Shown here: positions 19,930-31,500 of the stretch, piece after piece | Numbering within the stretch: the first letter of the stretch is position 1 | Layout: the number at the start of each line of letters is the position of its first letter | The notes under the pieces: generated by a model | Database searches by the model: none | Told to the model about the DNA's origin: nothing | The model's input: the letters and a program-made list of their open reading frames with translations, nothing else | Sequence record: PZ502562.2 | DNA from: a phage | Reading direction: 5' to 3' (one strand) | DNA length: 38,725 bases | Translations under genes and position numbers: made by a program

Positions 19930-20853
19930 ATGGCTGAATCTAATGCAGACGTATATGCATCTTTTGGCGTGAACTCCGCTGTGATGTCTGGTGGTTCCGT
20001 TGAGGAACATGAGCAGAATATGCTGGCTCTTGATGTTGCTGCCCGTGATGGCGATGATGCAATCGAGTTAGCGTCCGAAGAAGTGGAAACTGAGCGTGAC
20101 CTGTATGACAACTCTGACCCATTCGGTCAAGAGGACGATGAGGGGCGCATTCAGGTTCGTATTGGTGATGGCTCTGAGCCGACCGATGTGGACGCTGGAG
20201 AAGCAGACTTTGAGGGCACCGAAGGTTCCGAAGAGTTTACCCCGCTGGGTGAGACTCCAGAAGAACTGGTAGCTGCCTCTGAGCAACTTGGTGAGCACGA
20301 AGAAGGCTTCCAAGAGATGATTAACATTGCTGCCGAGCGTGGCATGAGTGCTGAGACAATTGAGGCTATCCAGCGTGAGTACGAGGAGAACGAAGAGTTG
20401 TCCGCTGAGTCCTACGCTAAGCTGGCTGAAATTGGCTACACGAAGGCTTTCATCGACTCGTACATCCGTGGTCAAGAAGCTCTGGTGGAGCAGTACGTAA
20501 ACAGTGTCATTGAGTACGCTGGTGGTCGTGAACGCTTTGACGCACTGTACAATCACCTTGAGACGCACAACCCTGAGGCTGCACAGTCGCTGGACAATGC
20601 GTTGACCAATCGTGACTTAGCGACCGTTAAGTCTATCATCAACTTGGCTGGTGAGTCTCGCGCTAAGGCGTTTGGTCGTAAGCCAACTCGTAGTGTGACT
20701 AGTCGAGCTATTCCGGCTAAACCTCAGGCTACCAAGCGTGAAGGCTTTGCGGACCGTAGCGAGATGATTAAAGCTATGAGCGACCCTCGGTATCGTACAG
20801 ATGCCAACTACCGTCGTCAAGTCGAACAGAAAGTAATCGATTCAAACTTCTGA
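19930..20853 (+). CDS. 9: Capsid assembly (scaffolding) protein
   Basis: 307 aa, acidic, near-identical to T7 gp9. Confidence 0.97.
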   Translation: MAESNADVYASFGVNSAVMSGGSVEEHEQNMLALDVAARDGDDAIELASEEVETERDLYDNSDPFGQEDDEGRIQVRIGDGSEPTDVDAGEADFEGTEGSEEFTPLGETPEELVAASEQLGEHEEGFQEMINIAAERGMSAETIEAIQREYEENEELSAESYAKLAEIGYTKAFIDSYIRGQEALVEQYVNSVIEYAGGRERFDALYNHLETHNPEAAQSLDNALTNRDLATVKSIINLAGESRAKAFGRKPTRSVTSRAIPAKPQATKREGFADRSEMIKAMSDPRYRTDANYRRQVEQKVIDSNF

Positions 20854-20865
20854 TAGACGCTAAAT

Positions 20866-20888
20866 TAATACGACTCACTATAGGGAGA
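20866..20888 (+). promoter_or_regulatory. T7-RNAP class III promoter phi10
   Basis: TAATACGACTCACTATAGGGAGA followed by the strong RBS leader TTTAACTTTAAGAAGGAGA. Confidence 0.92.
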
Positions 20889-20946
20889 CCACAACGGTTT
20901 CCCTCTAGAAATCATTCTTGTTTAACTTTAAGAAGGAGACATACAT

Positions 20947-21978
20947 ATGGCTAACATGACTGGTGGACAGCAACTGGGTACTAACCAAGGTAAAGGTGCG
21001 AGCGGTTCCGACAAACTGGCGCTGTTCCTGAAAGTATTCGGTGGTGAAGTCCTGACTGCATTCGCCCGCACCTCCGTGACTACCTCTCGTCACATGGTCC
21101 GCTCCATCTCCAGCGGCAAATCTGCTCAGTTCCCTGTTCTGGGTCGCACTCAGGCAGCGTATCTGGCTCCTGGTGAGAACCTAGACGATAAACGCAAAGA
21201 CATCAAGCACACCGAAAAGGTAATCACCATTGATGGTCTCCTGACGGCTGACGTTCTGATTTACGACATTGAGGACGCGATGAATCACTACGACGTTCGC
21301 TCTGAGTATACCTCTCAGTTGGGTGAATCTCTAGCGATGGCTGCTGATGGTGCAGTTCTGGCTGAGATTGCTGGTCTGTGTAACGTGGAAAGCCAATATG
21401 ATGAGAACATTGCAGGTCTGGGCACTGCCACTGTGATTGAGACCACTCAGAACAAGGCTACACTTACCGACCAAGTTGCGCTTGGTAAGGAGATTATTGC
21501 GGCTCTGACTAAGGCTCGTGCGGCTCTGACTAAGAACTATGTTCCGGCTTCTGACCGTGTGTTCTACTGTGACCCAGATAGCTACTCTGCGATTCTGGCA
21601 GCACTGATGCCGAACGCGGCAAACTACGCTGCTCTGATTGACCCTGAGAAGGGTTCTATCCGCAACGTTATGGGCTTTGAGGTTGTAGAGGTTCCACACC
21701 TGACAGCTGGTGGTGCGGGTACTGCCCGTGATGGTGTAACCGGTCAGAAGCACGCCTTCCCTGCCTCTAAGAGTGGTAACTACAAGGTGGCTAAAGACAA
21801 CGTTATCGGCCTGTTCATGCATCGTTCTGCGGTTGGTACTGTGAAGCTGCGTGACTTGGCTCTGGAACGCGCTCGTCGAGCTAACTTCCAAGCTGACCAA
21901 ATCATCGCTAAGTACGCAATGGGTCACGGTGGTCTGCGCCCAGAAGCTGCTGGTGCAGTGGTTTTCAAGGTGGAGTAA
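20947..21978 (+). CDS. 10A: Major capsid protein 10A
   Basis: 343 aa, collinear with T7 gp10A, with small differences near residues 18-24 and 255-270. Confidence 0.98.
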   Translation: MANMTGGQQLGTNQGKGASGSDKLALFLKVFGGEVLTAFARTSVTTSRHMVRSISSGKSAQFPVLGRTQAAYLAPGENLDDKRKDIKHTEKVITIDGLLTADVLIYDIEDAMNHYDVRSEYTSQLGESLAMAADGAVLAEIAGLCNVESQYDENIAGLGTATVIETTQNKATLTDQVALGKEIIAALTKARAALTKNYVPASDRVFYCDPDSYSAILAALMPNAANYAALIDPEKGSIRNVMGFEVVEVPHLTAGGAGTARDGVTGQKHAFPASKSGNYKVAKDNVIGLFMHRSAVGTVKLRDLALERARRANFQADQIIAKYAMGHGGLRPEAAGAVVFKVE

Positions 21979-22130
21979 TGCAGGAAGTGACCTCAACGGT
22001 CGCTGCTAGTCCCGAAGAGGTGAGCATTACTGCCGAAGAGAGTCTAACGCCAGCACAGAAAGCTGCCCGTACACGCGCTGCTAACAAAGCCCGAAAGGAA
22101 GCTGAATTGGCTGCTGGTACTGACGAGTAA
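20947..22130 (+). CDS. 10B: Minor capsid protein 10B (by -1 ribosomal frameshift near the end of 10A)
   Basis: Slippery stretch GGTTTTCAAGG at 21960-21970; the -1 frame continues ...QEVTSTVAASPEEVSITAEESLTPAQKAARTRAANKARKEAELAAGTDE to TAA 22128-22130. Confidence 0.65.
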
Positions 22131-22178
22131 CTAGCATAACCCCTTGGGGCCTCTAAACGGGTCTTGAGGGGTTTTTTG
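22131..22178 (+). terminator. Tphi late transcription terminator
   Basis: CTAGCATAACCCCTTGGGGCCTCTAAACGGGTCTTGAGGGGTTTTTTG: GC-rich hairpin plus U-run. Confidence 0.92.
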
Positions 22179-22195
22179 CTTAAAGGAGGAACTAT

Positions 22196-22786
22196 ATGCG
22201 CTCATACGATATGAACGTTGAGACCGCTGCTGAGTTATCCGCTGTTAATGACATTCTGGCATCTATCGGTGAACCTCCGGTATCAACGCTGGAAGGTGAC
22301 GCTAACGCGGATGTAGCGAACGCTCGGCGTATTCTCAACAAGATTAACAGGCAGATTCAGTCGCGTGGCTGGACGTTCAACATTGAGGAAGGTATTACGC
22401 TTCTGCCAGATGTTTACTCCAACCTGATTGTATATAGCGATGACTACCTGTCACTAATGGCTACTTCCGGTCAATCCATCTACGTGAACCGAGGTGGCTA
22501 CGTCTATGACCGAACAAGTCAATCAGACCGCTTTGAGTCCGGTATTACCGTGAACATTATTCGTCTCCGAGACTACGATGAGATGCCTGAGTGCTTCCGT
22601 TACTGGATTGTCACTAAGGCTTCCCGTCAGTTCAACAACCGATTCTTTGGGGCACCAGAAGTAGAGGGTGTACTCCAAGAAGAGGAAGATGAGGCTAGAC
22701 GTCTCTGTATGGAGTACGAAGTGGATTACGGCGGTTACAACATGCTGGATGGTGATGCGTTCACTTCTGGTCTACTGACTCGCTAA
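22196..22786 (+). CDS. 11: Tail tubular protein A
   Basis: 196 aa, near-identical to T7 gp11. Confidence 0.97.
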   Translation: MRSYDMNVETAAELSAVNDILASIGEPPVSTLEGDANADVANARRILNKINRQIQSRGWTFNIEEGITLLPDVYSNLIVYSDDYLSLMATSGQSIYVNRGGYVYDRTSQSDRFESGITVNIIRLRDYDEMPECFRYWIVTKASRQFNNRFFGAPEVEGVLQEEEDEARRLCMEYEVDYGGYNMLDGDAFTSGLLTR

Positions 22787-22806
22787 TAATCAATAAGGAG
22801 GCTCTA

Positions 22807-25191
22807 ATGGCACTCATTAGCCAATCAATCAAGAACTTGAAGGGTGGTATCAGTCAACAGCCTGACATCCTTCGTTATCCAGACCAAGGGTCACGCCAAG
22901 TTAACGGTTGGTCTTCGGAGACCGAGGGCCTCCAAAAGCGTCCACCTCTGGTCTTCTTAAAGACCCTTGGAGACAGCGGTGCGTTAGGCCAAGCTCCGTA
23001 CATCCACCTGATTAACCGTGATGAGAACGAACAGTATTACGCTGTGTTCACTGGTAGTGGAATCAGAGTGTTCGACCTTGCTGGTAACGAGAAGCAAGTT
23101 AGGTATCCTAACGGTTCCAACTACATCAAGACAGCTCAGCCACGTAACGACCTGCGGATGGTTACTGTAGCAGACTATACGTTCATCGTTAACCGTAACG
23201 TTGTTGTACAGAAGAACCAAAATTCTGTCAACTTACCGAATTACAACCCTAAGCAAGACGGATTGATTAACGTTCGTGGTGGTCAGTATGGTAGGGAACT
23301 AATTGTACACATTAACGGTAAAGACGTTGCGAAGTATAAAATCCCAGATGGTAGTCAACCTGCACACGTAAATAATACGGATGCCCAATGGTTAGCCGAA
23401 GAGTTAGCCAAGCAGATGCGCACTAACTTATCTGGTTGGACTGTAAGTGTAGGGCAAGGGTTCATCCATGTAACCGCACCAAGCGGTCAACAGATTAACT
23501 CCTTCACGACTAAAGATGGCTACGCAGACCAGTTGATTAACCCTGTTACCCACTACGCTCAGTCGTTCTCTAAGTTACCACCTAATGCTCCTAACGGCTA
23601 CATGGTTAAAATCGTAGGGGACGCCTCTAAGTCTGCCGACCAGTATTACGTTAAGTATGACGCTGAGCGGAAAGTTTGGGCTGAGACTTTAGGTTGGAAC
23701 ACTGAGAACCAAGTTCTATGGGAAACCATGCCACACGCTCTTGTGCGAGCCGCTGACGGGAATTTCGACTTCAAGTGGCTTGAGTGGTCTCCTAAGTCTT
23801 GTGGTGACGTTGACACTAACCCTTGGCCTTCTTTTGTTGGCTCAAGTATCAACGATGTGTTCTTCTTCCGTAACCGCTTAGGATTACTTAGTGGGGAGAA
23901 CATCATATTGAGTCGTACAGCCAAATACTTCAACTTCTACCCTGCGTCCATTGCTAACCTTAGTGATGACGATCCTATAGACGTAGCTGTGAGTACCAAC
24001 CGAATAGCAATCCTTAAGTACGCCGTTCCGTTCTCAGAAGAGTTACTCATCTGGTCCGATGAAGCACAATTCGTACTGACTGCTTCTGGAACTCTCACGG
24101 CTAGGTCGGTTGAGTTGAACCTAACGACTCAGTTTGATGTGCAGGACCAAGCGAGACCTTATGGGATTGGGCGTAACGTCTACTTTGCCAGTCCGAGGTC
24201 CAGCTACACGTCCATCCACAGATACTACGCCGTGCAGGATGTCAGTTCCGTTAAGAACGCTGAGGACATTACAGCACATGTTCCTAACTACATCCCTAAT
24301 GGTGTGTTCAGCATTTGCGGTAGTGGCACTGAAAACTTCTGTTCGGTACTATCTCATGGGGACCCAAGCAAAATCTTCATGTACAAATTCCTGTACCTGA
24401 ATGAAGAGTTACGACAACAGTCGTGGTCACATTGGGACTTTGGGGAAAACGTGCAGGTTCTAGCTTGTCAGAGTATAAGCTCCGATATGTATGTGATTCT
24501 TCGCAATGAGTTCAATACGTTCCTAGCTAGAATCTCTTTCACTAAGAACGCCATTGACTTACAAGGTGAGCCTTATCGTGCCTTTATGGACATGAAGATT
24601 CGCTACACGATTCCTAGTGGAACATACAACGATGATATATTCACTACCGCTATCCATATTCCTACTATTTATGGTGCAAACTTCGGTAGGGGCAAAATCA
24701 CTGTATTGGAGCCTGACGGTAAGATAACAGTATTCGAGCAACCTACGGCTGGATGGCAAAGTGACCCTTGGCTGAGACTCAACGGTAACTTAGAGGGACG
24801 CATGGTGTACATTGGGTTCAACATTAACTTCGTCTATGAGTTCTCTAAGTTTCTCATCAAGCAGACTGCCGACGATGGGTCAACCTCAACGGAAGACATT
24901 GGTCGCTTGCAGTTACGCCGAGCGTGGGTTAACTATGAGGAGTCTGGTACGTTTGACATTTATGTTGAGAACCAATCATCCAACTGGAAGTATACGATGG
25001 CTGGTGCTCGCTTAGGCTCTAACACTCTGAGGGCTGGGCGATTGAACTTAGGGACAGGACAATACCGATTCCCTGTGGTTGGTAACGCCAAGTTCAATAC
25101 AGTGTCTATCTTGTCAGATGAGACTACCCCGCTGAACATCATTGGTTGTGGCTGGGAAGGTAACTACTTACGGAGAAGTTCCGGTATTTAA
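22807..25191 (+). CDS. 12: Tail tubular protein B
   Basis: 794 aa, near-identical to T7 gp12. Confidence 0.98.
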   Translation: MALISQSIKNLKGGISQQPDILRYPDQGSRQVNGWSSETEGLQKRPPLVFLKTLGDSGALGQAPYIHLINRDENEQYYAVFTGSGIRVFDLAGNEKQVRYPNGSNYIKTAQPRNDLRMVTVADYTFIVNRNVVVQKNQNSVNLPNYNPKQDGLINVRGGQYGRELIVHINGKDVAKYKIPDGSQPAHVNNTDAQWLAEELAKQMRTNLSGWTVSVGQGFIHVTAPSGQQINSFTTKDGYADQLINPVTHYAQSFSKLPPNAPNGYMVKIVGDASKSADQYYVKYDAERKVWAETLGWNTENQVLWETMPHALVRAADGNFDFKWLEWSPKSCGDVDTNPWPSFVGSSINDVFFFRNRLGLLSGENIILSRTAKYFNFYPASIANLSDDDPIDVAVSTNRIAILKYAVPFSEELLIWSDEAQFVLTASGTLTARSVELNLTTQFDVQDQARPYGIGRNVYFASPRSSYTSIHRYYAVQDVSSVKNAEDITAHVPNYIPNGVFSICGSGTENFCSVLSHGDPSKIFMYKFLYLNEELRQQSWSHWDFGENVQVLACQSISSDMYVILRNEFNTFLARISFTKNAIDLQGEPYRAFMDMKIRYTIPSGTYNDDIFTTAIHIPTIYGANFGRGKITVLEPDGKITVFEQPTAGWQSDPWLRLNGNLEGRMVYIGFNINFVYEFSKFLIKQTADDGSTSTEDIGRLQLRRAWVNYEESGTFDIYVENQSSNWKYTMAGARLGSNTLRAGRLNLGTGQYRFPVVGNAKFNTVSILSDETTPLNIIGCGWEGNYLRRSSGI

Positions 25192-25221
25192 TTAAACGTT
25201 CTCCCTGTGGTGGCTCGAAAT

Positions 25222-25244
25222 TAATACGACTCACTATAGGGAGA
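25222..25244 (+). promoter_or_regulatory. T7-RNAP class III promoter phi13
   Basis: TAATACGACTCACTATAGGGAGA, +1 G at 25239. Confidence 0.9.
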
Positions 25245-25271
25245 ACAATACGACTACGGGAGGGTTTTCTT

Positions 25272-25688
25272 ATGATGATTATAAGACCTACTAAAAGTAC
25301 AGACTTTGAGGTATTCACTCCGGCTCACCATGACATTCTTGAAGCTAAGGCTGCTGGTATTGAGCCGAGTTTCCCTGATGCTTCCGAGTGTGTCACGTTG
25401 AGCCTCTATGGGTTCCCTCTAGCTATCGGTGGTAACTGTGGGGACCAGTGCTGGTTCGTTACGAGTGACCAAGTGTGGCGACTTAGTGGAAAAGCTAAGC
25501 GAGAGTTCCGTAAGTTAATCATGGAGTATCGCGATAAGATGCTTGAGAAGTATGATACGCTTTGGAATTACGTATGGGTAGGCAATACGTCCCACATTCG
25601 TTTCCTCAAGACTATCGGTGCGGTATTCCATGAAGAGTACACACGAGATGGTCAATTTCAATTATTTACAATAACGAAAGGAGGATAA
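25272..25688 (+). CDS. 13: Internal virion protein gp13
   Basis: 138 aa, collinear with T7 gp13. Confidence 0.95.
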   Translation: MMIIRPTKSTDFEVFTPAHHDILEAKAAGIEPSFPDASECVTLSLYGFPLAIGGNCGDQCWFVTSDQVWRLSGKAKREFRKLIMEYRDKMLEKYDTLWNYVWVGNTSHIRFLKTIGAVFHEEYTRDGQFQLFTITKGG

Positions 25689-25692
25689 CCAT

Positions 25693-26283
25693 ATGTGTTG
25701 GGCAGCCGCAATTCCTATCGCTATAGCTGGCGCTCAGGCTATCAGTGGTCAGAACGCTCAGGCCAAAATGATTGCCGCTCAGACCGCTGCTGGTCGTCGT
25801 CAAGCTATGGAAATCATGAAGCAGACGAACATTCAGAATGCTGACCTATCGTTGCAAGCTCGAAGTAAACTTGAGGAAGCGTCCGCTGAGTTGACCTCGC
25901 AGAACATGCAGAAGGTCCAAGCTATGGGGTCTATCCGAGCGGCTATCGGAGAAAGTATGCTTGAAGGTTCCTCAATGGACCGAATTAAGCGAGTCACAGA
26001 AGGGCAGTTCATTCGGGAAGCAAATATGGTAACTGAGAACTACCGCCGTGACTACCAAGCTATCTTCGCACAGCAACTTGGTGGCACTCAGAGTTCTGCA
26101 AGCCAGATTGACGAAATCTATAAGGGCGAACAGAAACAGAAGAGTAAGCTACAGATGGTTCTGGACCCACTGGCTATCATGGGGTCTTCCGCTGCGAGTG
26201 CTTACGCATCCGGTGCGTTCGACTCCAAGCCCACAACTAAGGCACCTATTGTTGCCGCTAAAGGAACCAAGACGGGGAGGTAA
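25693..26283 (+). CDS. 14: Internal core protein gp14
   Basis: 196 aa, near-identical to T7 gp14. Confidence 0.96.
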   Translation: MCWAAAIPIAIAGAQAISGQNAQAKMIAAQTAAGRRQAMEIMKQTNIQNADLSLQARSKLEEASAELTSQNMQKVQAMGSIRAAIGESMLEGSSMDRIKRVTEGQFIREANMVTENYRRDYQAIFAQQLGGTQSSASQIDEIYKGEQKQKSKLQMVLDPLAIMGSSAASAYASGAFDSKPTTKAPIVAAKGTKTGR

Positions 26284-26289
26284 TGAACT

Positions 26290-28551
26290 ATGAGTAAGAT
26301 TGAATCTGCCCTCCAAGCGGTACAACCGGGACTCTCTCGGTTACGTGGTGGGACTGGTGGTATGGGCTATCGTGCAGCAACCACTCAGGCTGAGCAACCA
26401 AAGTCAAGTCTATTGGACACCATTGGTCGGTTCGCTAAGGCTGGTGCTGATATGTACGCCGCTAAGGAGCAACGAGCACGAGACCTAGCCGATGAGCGCT
26501 CAAACGAGATTATCCGTAAGCTGACTCCTGAGCAACGCCGAGAGGCTCTCAACAAAGGAACACTTCTGTATCAGGATGACCCATACGCTATGGAAGCACT
26601 GCGAGTCAAGACTGGTCGTAACGCCGCGTACCTTGTGGACGATGACGTTATGCAGAAGATTAAAGAGGGTAAATTCCGTACTCGTGAAGCGATGGAAGAG
26701 TATCGTCATAGTCGTCTTCAAGAGGGCGCTAAGTCATACGCTGAGCAGTTCGGTATCGACCCTGATGACGTTGACTATCAGCGTGGTTTCAATGGGGATA
26801 TTACTGAGCGTAACATCTCACTGTATGGGGCACATGATAGCTTCTTGAGCCAGCAAGCTCAGAAGGGTGCAATCATGAACAGCCGAGTGGAACTCAACGG
26901 TGTCCTTCAAGACCCTGACATGCTTCGCCGCCCAGACTCTGCTGACTTCTTTGAGAAGTACATCGACAATGGTCTGGTCACTGGGGCAATCCCATCTGAC
27001 GCTCAAGCCACACAGCTTATAAGCCAAGCGTTCAGTGACGCTTCTAGCCGTGCTGGTGGTGCTGACTTCCTGATGCGGGTTGGTGACAAGAAGGTAACAC
27101 TTAACGGTGCCACTACTACCTATAAGGAACTTATGGGCGAAGAGCAGTGGAATGCCCTTATGGTGACAGCCCAGAGAGCACAATACGACAACGATGCGAA
27201 ACTGAACGAGAAGTTTCAACTAGATGTCAACTCTGCGTTGTTCGTAGACGACCCTCGTGTTGGTTGGGAGAAGCTCCAAGGAATCAAGGCTGAGCTAGAT
27301 AAATACCAGCCGGGAGAGCAGATGACCCCTCAACGCGCCACGCTTATAGAGGCCCAGAAGCAACTAAGAGCCAAGATGGTAGAGTGGGCCAAGAACGAGG
27401 CCAAAGCACTTGATGAGGCTCAGAAGGCCGATAATAAGTTTAGGGTTATTGACGCTCAGTATCAGAAGCGAATCAACGGAGAGTGGGTCTCTACGGACTT
27501 TAAGGACATGCCTACAAACGATAACACTGGGGAGTTCAAGCATAGCGACATTGTAAACTACGCTAACAAGAAGCTGGCAGACATAGACGCTATGGACATC
27601 CCAGATGGAGCAAAAGATAGACTCAAACTACAGTACCTGCAATCAGACTCTAAGGACGGGCCTTTCAGGACTGCCATAGGAACGATGGTTCAAGATGCGG
27701 CTCAGGAGTGGTCTTCTTCTGTGATGAACGGTAAGTTAGCAGATAAGACTCCAGCGATGGATGCCTTACGTAGAATCCGTAACGCAGACCCATACCTAAT
27801 AGCGGCACTGTACCCTGAGCAGGCTGAGCTATTCTTGACGATGGACTTAGCTGACCGACAGGGTGTTGATGTGCAGGAGTTGATTGATGCTGAACGTCAG
27901 ATTGCTACACGTTCTAAGGAGCAACGATTCGAAGATGATATAGCCTTTGAGAAATCACTTAATGACTCTAAAGTTCCAGAGATAGCTAATATGCCGACAG
28001 AACTACGGGGGCTTGCTCGTAAGATTTATGACTCGGTTAAGTACCGCACCAACAACGTTGACATGGCTATGACCGAGATGCAGAAGCTCCTTAAGGAGTC
28101 CACTACTACCTTTAACGATGATAGCCCAGACAACGAGGGAGTCATTGGGGTAATTCCGAGGAACTATCTACAGGTAAACGATGACCCTAAATCTTGGAAG
28201 CAAGGTAAGGATATTATCGACGCTGCCCTTAAAGGAATCATAGCGGCTAACCCAAGTATGGCCTCTGATAAGATGACCGTATCGGTAATCGGGAAGTCTA
28301 TCTACATCATGCCAACTACGGGGACTGGTCCACGGGTTCGTTACGACAAGGAGATGTTGTCCAAGGTCTGGAAGGAAACACAAGAGCGTCTCGCAACGGA
28401 AGCCGTTGAGAAGGCCCGTGATAAAGCTATGGCTGATGCCAACAAGCGAGCACCTATAGTCGCCGCTAAGAAAGCTCGTGAGGCTGGCGCTAAACGAGTC
28501 CGAGATAAACGTAAACAGACTCCGAAGTTCATCTATGGACGCAAGGAGTAA
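26290..28551 (+). CDS. 15: Internal core protein gp15
   Basis: 753 aa; N- and C-terminal thirds match T7 gp15 closely, the centre is more divergent. Confidence 0.96.
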   Translation: MSKIESALQAVQPGLSRLRGGTGGMGYRAATTQAEQPKSSLLDTIGRFAKAGADMYAAKEQRARDLADERSNEIIRKLTPEQRREALNKGTLLYQDDPYAMEALRVKTGRNAAYLVDDDVMQKIKEGKFRTREAMEEYRHSRLQEGAKSYAEQFGIDPDDVDYQRGFNGDITERNISLYGAHDSFLSQQAQKGAIMNSRVELNGVLQDPDMLRRPDSADFFEKYIDNGLVTGAIPSDAQATQLISQAFSDASSRAGGADFLMRVGDKKVTLNGATTTYKELMGEEQWNALMVTAQRAQYDNDAKLNEKFQLDVNSALFVDDPRVGWEKLQGIKAELDKYQPGEQMTPQRATLIEAQKQLRAKMVEWAKNEAKALDEAQKADNKFRVIDAQYQKRINGEWVSTDFKDMPTNDNTGEFKHSDIVNYANKKLADIDAMDIPDGAKDRLKLQYLQSDSKDGPFRTAIGTMVQDAAQEWSSSVMNGKLADKTPAMDALRRIRNADPYLIAALYPEQAELFLTMDLADRQGVDVQELIDAERQIATRSKEQRFEDDIAFEKSLNDSKVPEIANMPTELRGLARKIYDSVKYRTNNVDMAMTEMQKLLKESTTTFNDDSPDNEGVIGVIPRNYLQVNDDPKSWKQGKDIIDAALKGIIAANPSMASDKMTVSVIGKSIYIMPTTGTGPRVRYDKEMLSKVWKETQERLATEAVEKARDKAMADANKRAPIVAAKKAREAGAKRVRDKRKQTPKFIYGRKE

Positions 28552-28577
28552 CTAAAGGCTACATAAGGAGGCCCTAA

Positions 28578-31500
28578 ATGGATAAGTACGATAAGAACGT
28601 ACCAAGTGAGTATGATGGTCTGTTCCAGAAGGCGGCTGATGCCAACGGGGTCTCTTATGACCTTTTACGTAAAGTCGCTTGGACAGAATCACGGTTTCAA
28701 CCCACAGCCAAGTCCAAGACTGGACCATTAGGCATGATGCAGTTCACCAAGGCAACAGCTAAGGCTATGGGACTTAATGTAACCGATGGGCCTGATGATG
28801 ACCGACTGGTTCCAGAGTTGTCTATCAACGCTGCTGCCAGACATCTTGCTGAGTTGGTGAATAAATTCGACGGAGATGAACTTAAGGCTGCACTTGCATA
28901 TAACCAAGGTGAGGGGAGACTAGGCGCTCCCCAGCTTGAGGCATACTCTAAGGGTGACTTCTCAGCTATCTCCGACGAGGGTCGCAACTACATGCGAAAC
29001 CTCATGGATGTGGCTAAGTCTCCAATGGCTGGACAGTTGGAAGCGTTCGGAGGCATTACCCCAAAGGGTAAAGGCATCCCTTCTGATGTTGGTTTAGGAG
29101 ACATTAAGGTCGAAGGGAAGCGTAAAGTAACAGATGCTATCCCAGAGTCAACTGGATTGGACATTAAAGGTATCGAACAGGAGGCTCCGGCGAAATCATT
29201 CGCTACGGACTTTTGGGACCATCATAAACAGAAACCATCTGAGTATGACGACCGCTCAACATTCTTCGGATTCAAAGATGCTGCAAGTGCCGAAATTGAC
29301 AACTCAGTCCTCGGCATGGCCTTCCGTGCTGGTCGCCTCGATAATAGTTTTGATGTGTTTAAGGATGTTATCACGCCTACGCGTTGGAACTCTACTATCT
29401 GGACTCCTGAGGAACTAGAGAGGATTCGAACAGAAGTTAAGAACCCAGCGTATCTAAATGTTGTTACAGGCGGTTCCCCTGAGAACCTTGACGACCTAAT
29501 TAGATTAGCCAACGAGAACTATGAGAATGACCTAAAGAAAGCTGACGCAGGTATCGGGGCACAGCTTTCCGCTGGCATTGTTGGTGCGGCATTCGACCCA
29601 CTATCGTATGTTCCGTTGGTTGGTGTGACAGGTAAGGGCTTTAAGTTAATCAATAAGGCTCTTGTGGTAGGTGCTGAGAGTGCAGCCATTAACATGGCCT
29701 CAGAAGGGTTGCGAACGTCTATAGTTGGTGGAGACGCTAATTATACTGGCGCGGTACTAGGTGGTCTTGTGTTTGGGGCAGGAATGTCTGCAATCAGTGA
29801 CGCTATAACCGCTGGGTTGAGACGTAGCAAACCTGAGGCTGAGTTCAACAACGAGTTCGTCGGGCCGTTGATGCGTATGGAAGCTCGCGAGACTGCCTTT
29901 AACGCTAACTCTGAGGACTTGTCTAAGATGAGCACAGGCAGCATCAACTTCGACAGAGAGTACGGTGGGGTTAACTACGCACCATTGGATACCGAGCCGG
30001 GTGCAGTTGTCCTCCCTCAAGGTCAAATCCTCAGCGACACTAACCCACTGAACCCTCAGACCCTCAGTGAGTTTGAGGCGATAAATCCTGAACGTGCAGC
30101 AAGAGGTATCTCCTTAGGTGGGTTCACTGAGATTGGCCTTAAGACACTGCGCTCTGAGAACACGGGAGTTCGCTCCATTGCTCGTGACCTAGTGCGCTCT
30201 CCAACTGGTATGGAATCGGGGTCTAACGGTAAGTTCGGCTCGACCGCTGATGATATTCATAGTCGGCTATCATCCAACGATAACCGCGATTGGAACCTAT
30301 ACTATGATAAGATGCGGGAAGTCATGAAAGACCCTGAGTTCACAACAGGTGCGCCTAAGATGAGCAAAGCAGAGGCCGTTGAGTCCATCGACCGCAAAAT
30401 TGCGCTGGCAATAGAGCACCCTGAGTTACAGGTAAACTTGTCTCCCAAAGAGATGGACCTGATGCGCCACGTTAAGGGTCACTACGACCTCAAGCGTGAA
30501 CTTATGGAAAACCCTGCTGTGTTCGGCAATCCAAAGGCGGTTAGCATCTTCCCCGGCAGTCGCAACAAAGGCACATACATTCCGAGAGTATATGACACCC
30601 AATCGAAGAATTTATATATTCAACGTTTGGGGAGCCGAGAGGCTTTACAGGAGGCTATCGCTGAAAGTTCGCTTGCGTCATACTACCTGCGTCCAGAAGT
30701 TAAGGCGCGTATTGATGAGCACCTGATGGAAGTCAATGGACTCAAGTCAACTAAAGAAGTAACACATGAAATGGTTCGAAAGTATGCGATGGATAAGGCT
30801 TACGGTATATCCCATACAGACCAATTCTCGTCGTCTTCTATTGTTGATGAGAACATCACGGGGCTTGTCGGCATCGAGAACAATAACTTTCTGGAAGCAC
30901 GTAACCTCTTTGACACCGATGTGCCAACCACGTTACCGGATGGCTCTACGTTTTCAGTAGATGACATTCGCGTGTTCAGCCAGCGCATCCTTATGCCAGC
31001 ATATGACCGTCGTGTAAATGGTGATATTGCTATCATTGGTAGCTCTGGTAAAACTACCAAGGAACTCAAGGATGAGATTATGGTACTGAGTAAGCAGGCC
31101 GAAGGTAACGGGAAGTTGAAGGGAGAAGTAGAAGCTCTCAAGGATACCGTGAAGATTCTAACTGGTCGCGCCCGTCGCAGCCCAGAAGGTGCTTTAGGGA
31201 CAGCTTTACGCTCTCTGAACGACATGACGTTCTTTGCTAAGAACTTCTATATGCCTCTCCAGAACTTCACGGAGATTGCCGGTATGCTAGTCAAAGGTAA
31301 TGTCTCTGCTGTGACTCACGGAATCCCTGTGATTAACGATTGGGTTAACCGAAGTAAACCAATGCGAGCCTCTGAGATTAAAGAACTCCACAGTATGGTG
31401 TTCGGTAAGGAACTTGACCAGCTAATCCGTCCGAGTCGCGAAGACCACATTAGCAGACTTAGGGAGTCTACAGACACCAACGCTGTGTTGGCTAATGTAG

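Noticed and set aside
20866-20950. Possible pET-type expression vector contamination
   Set aside because: The pET promoter/leader was derived from the native T7 phi10/s10 region; here it is flanked by authentic gene 9 and 10A sequence and there is no lac operator.
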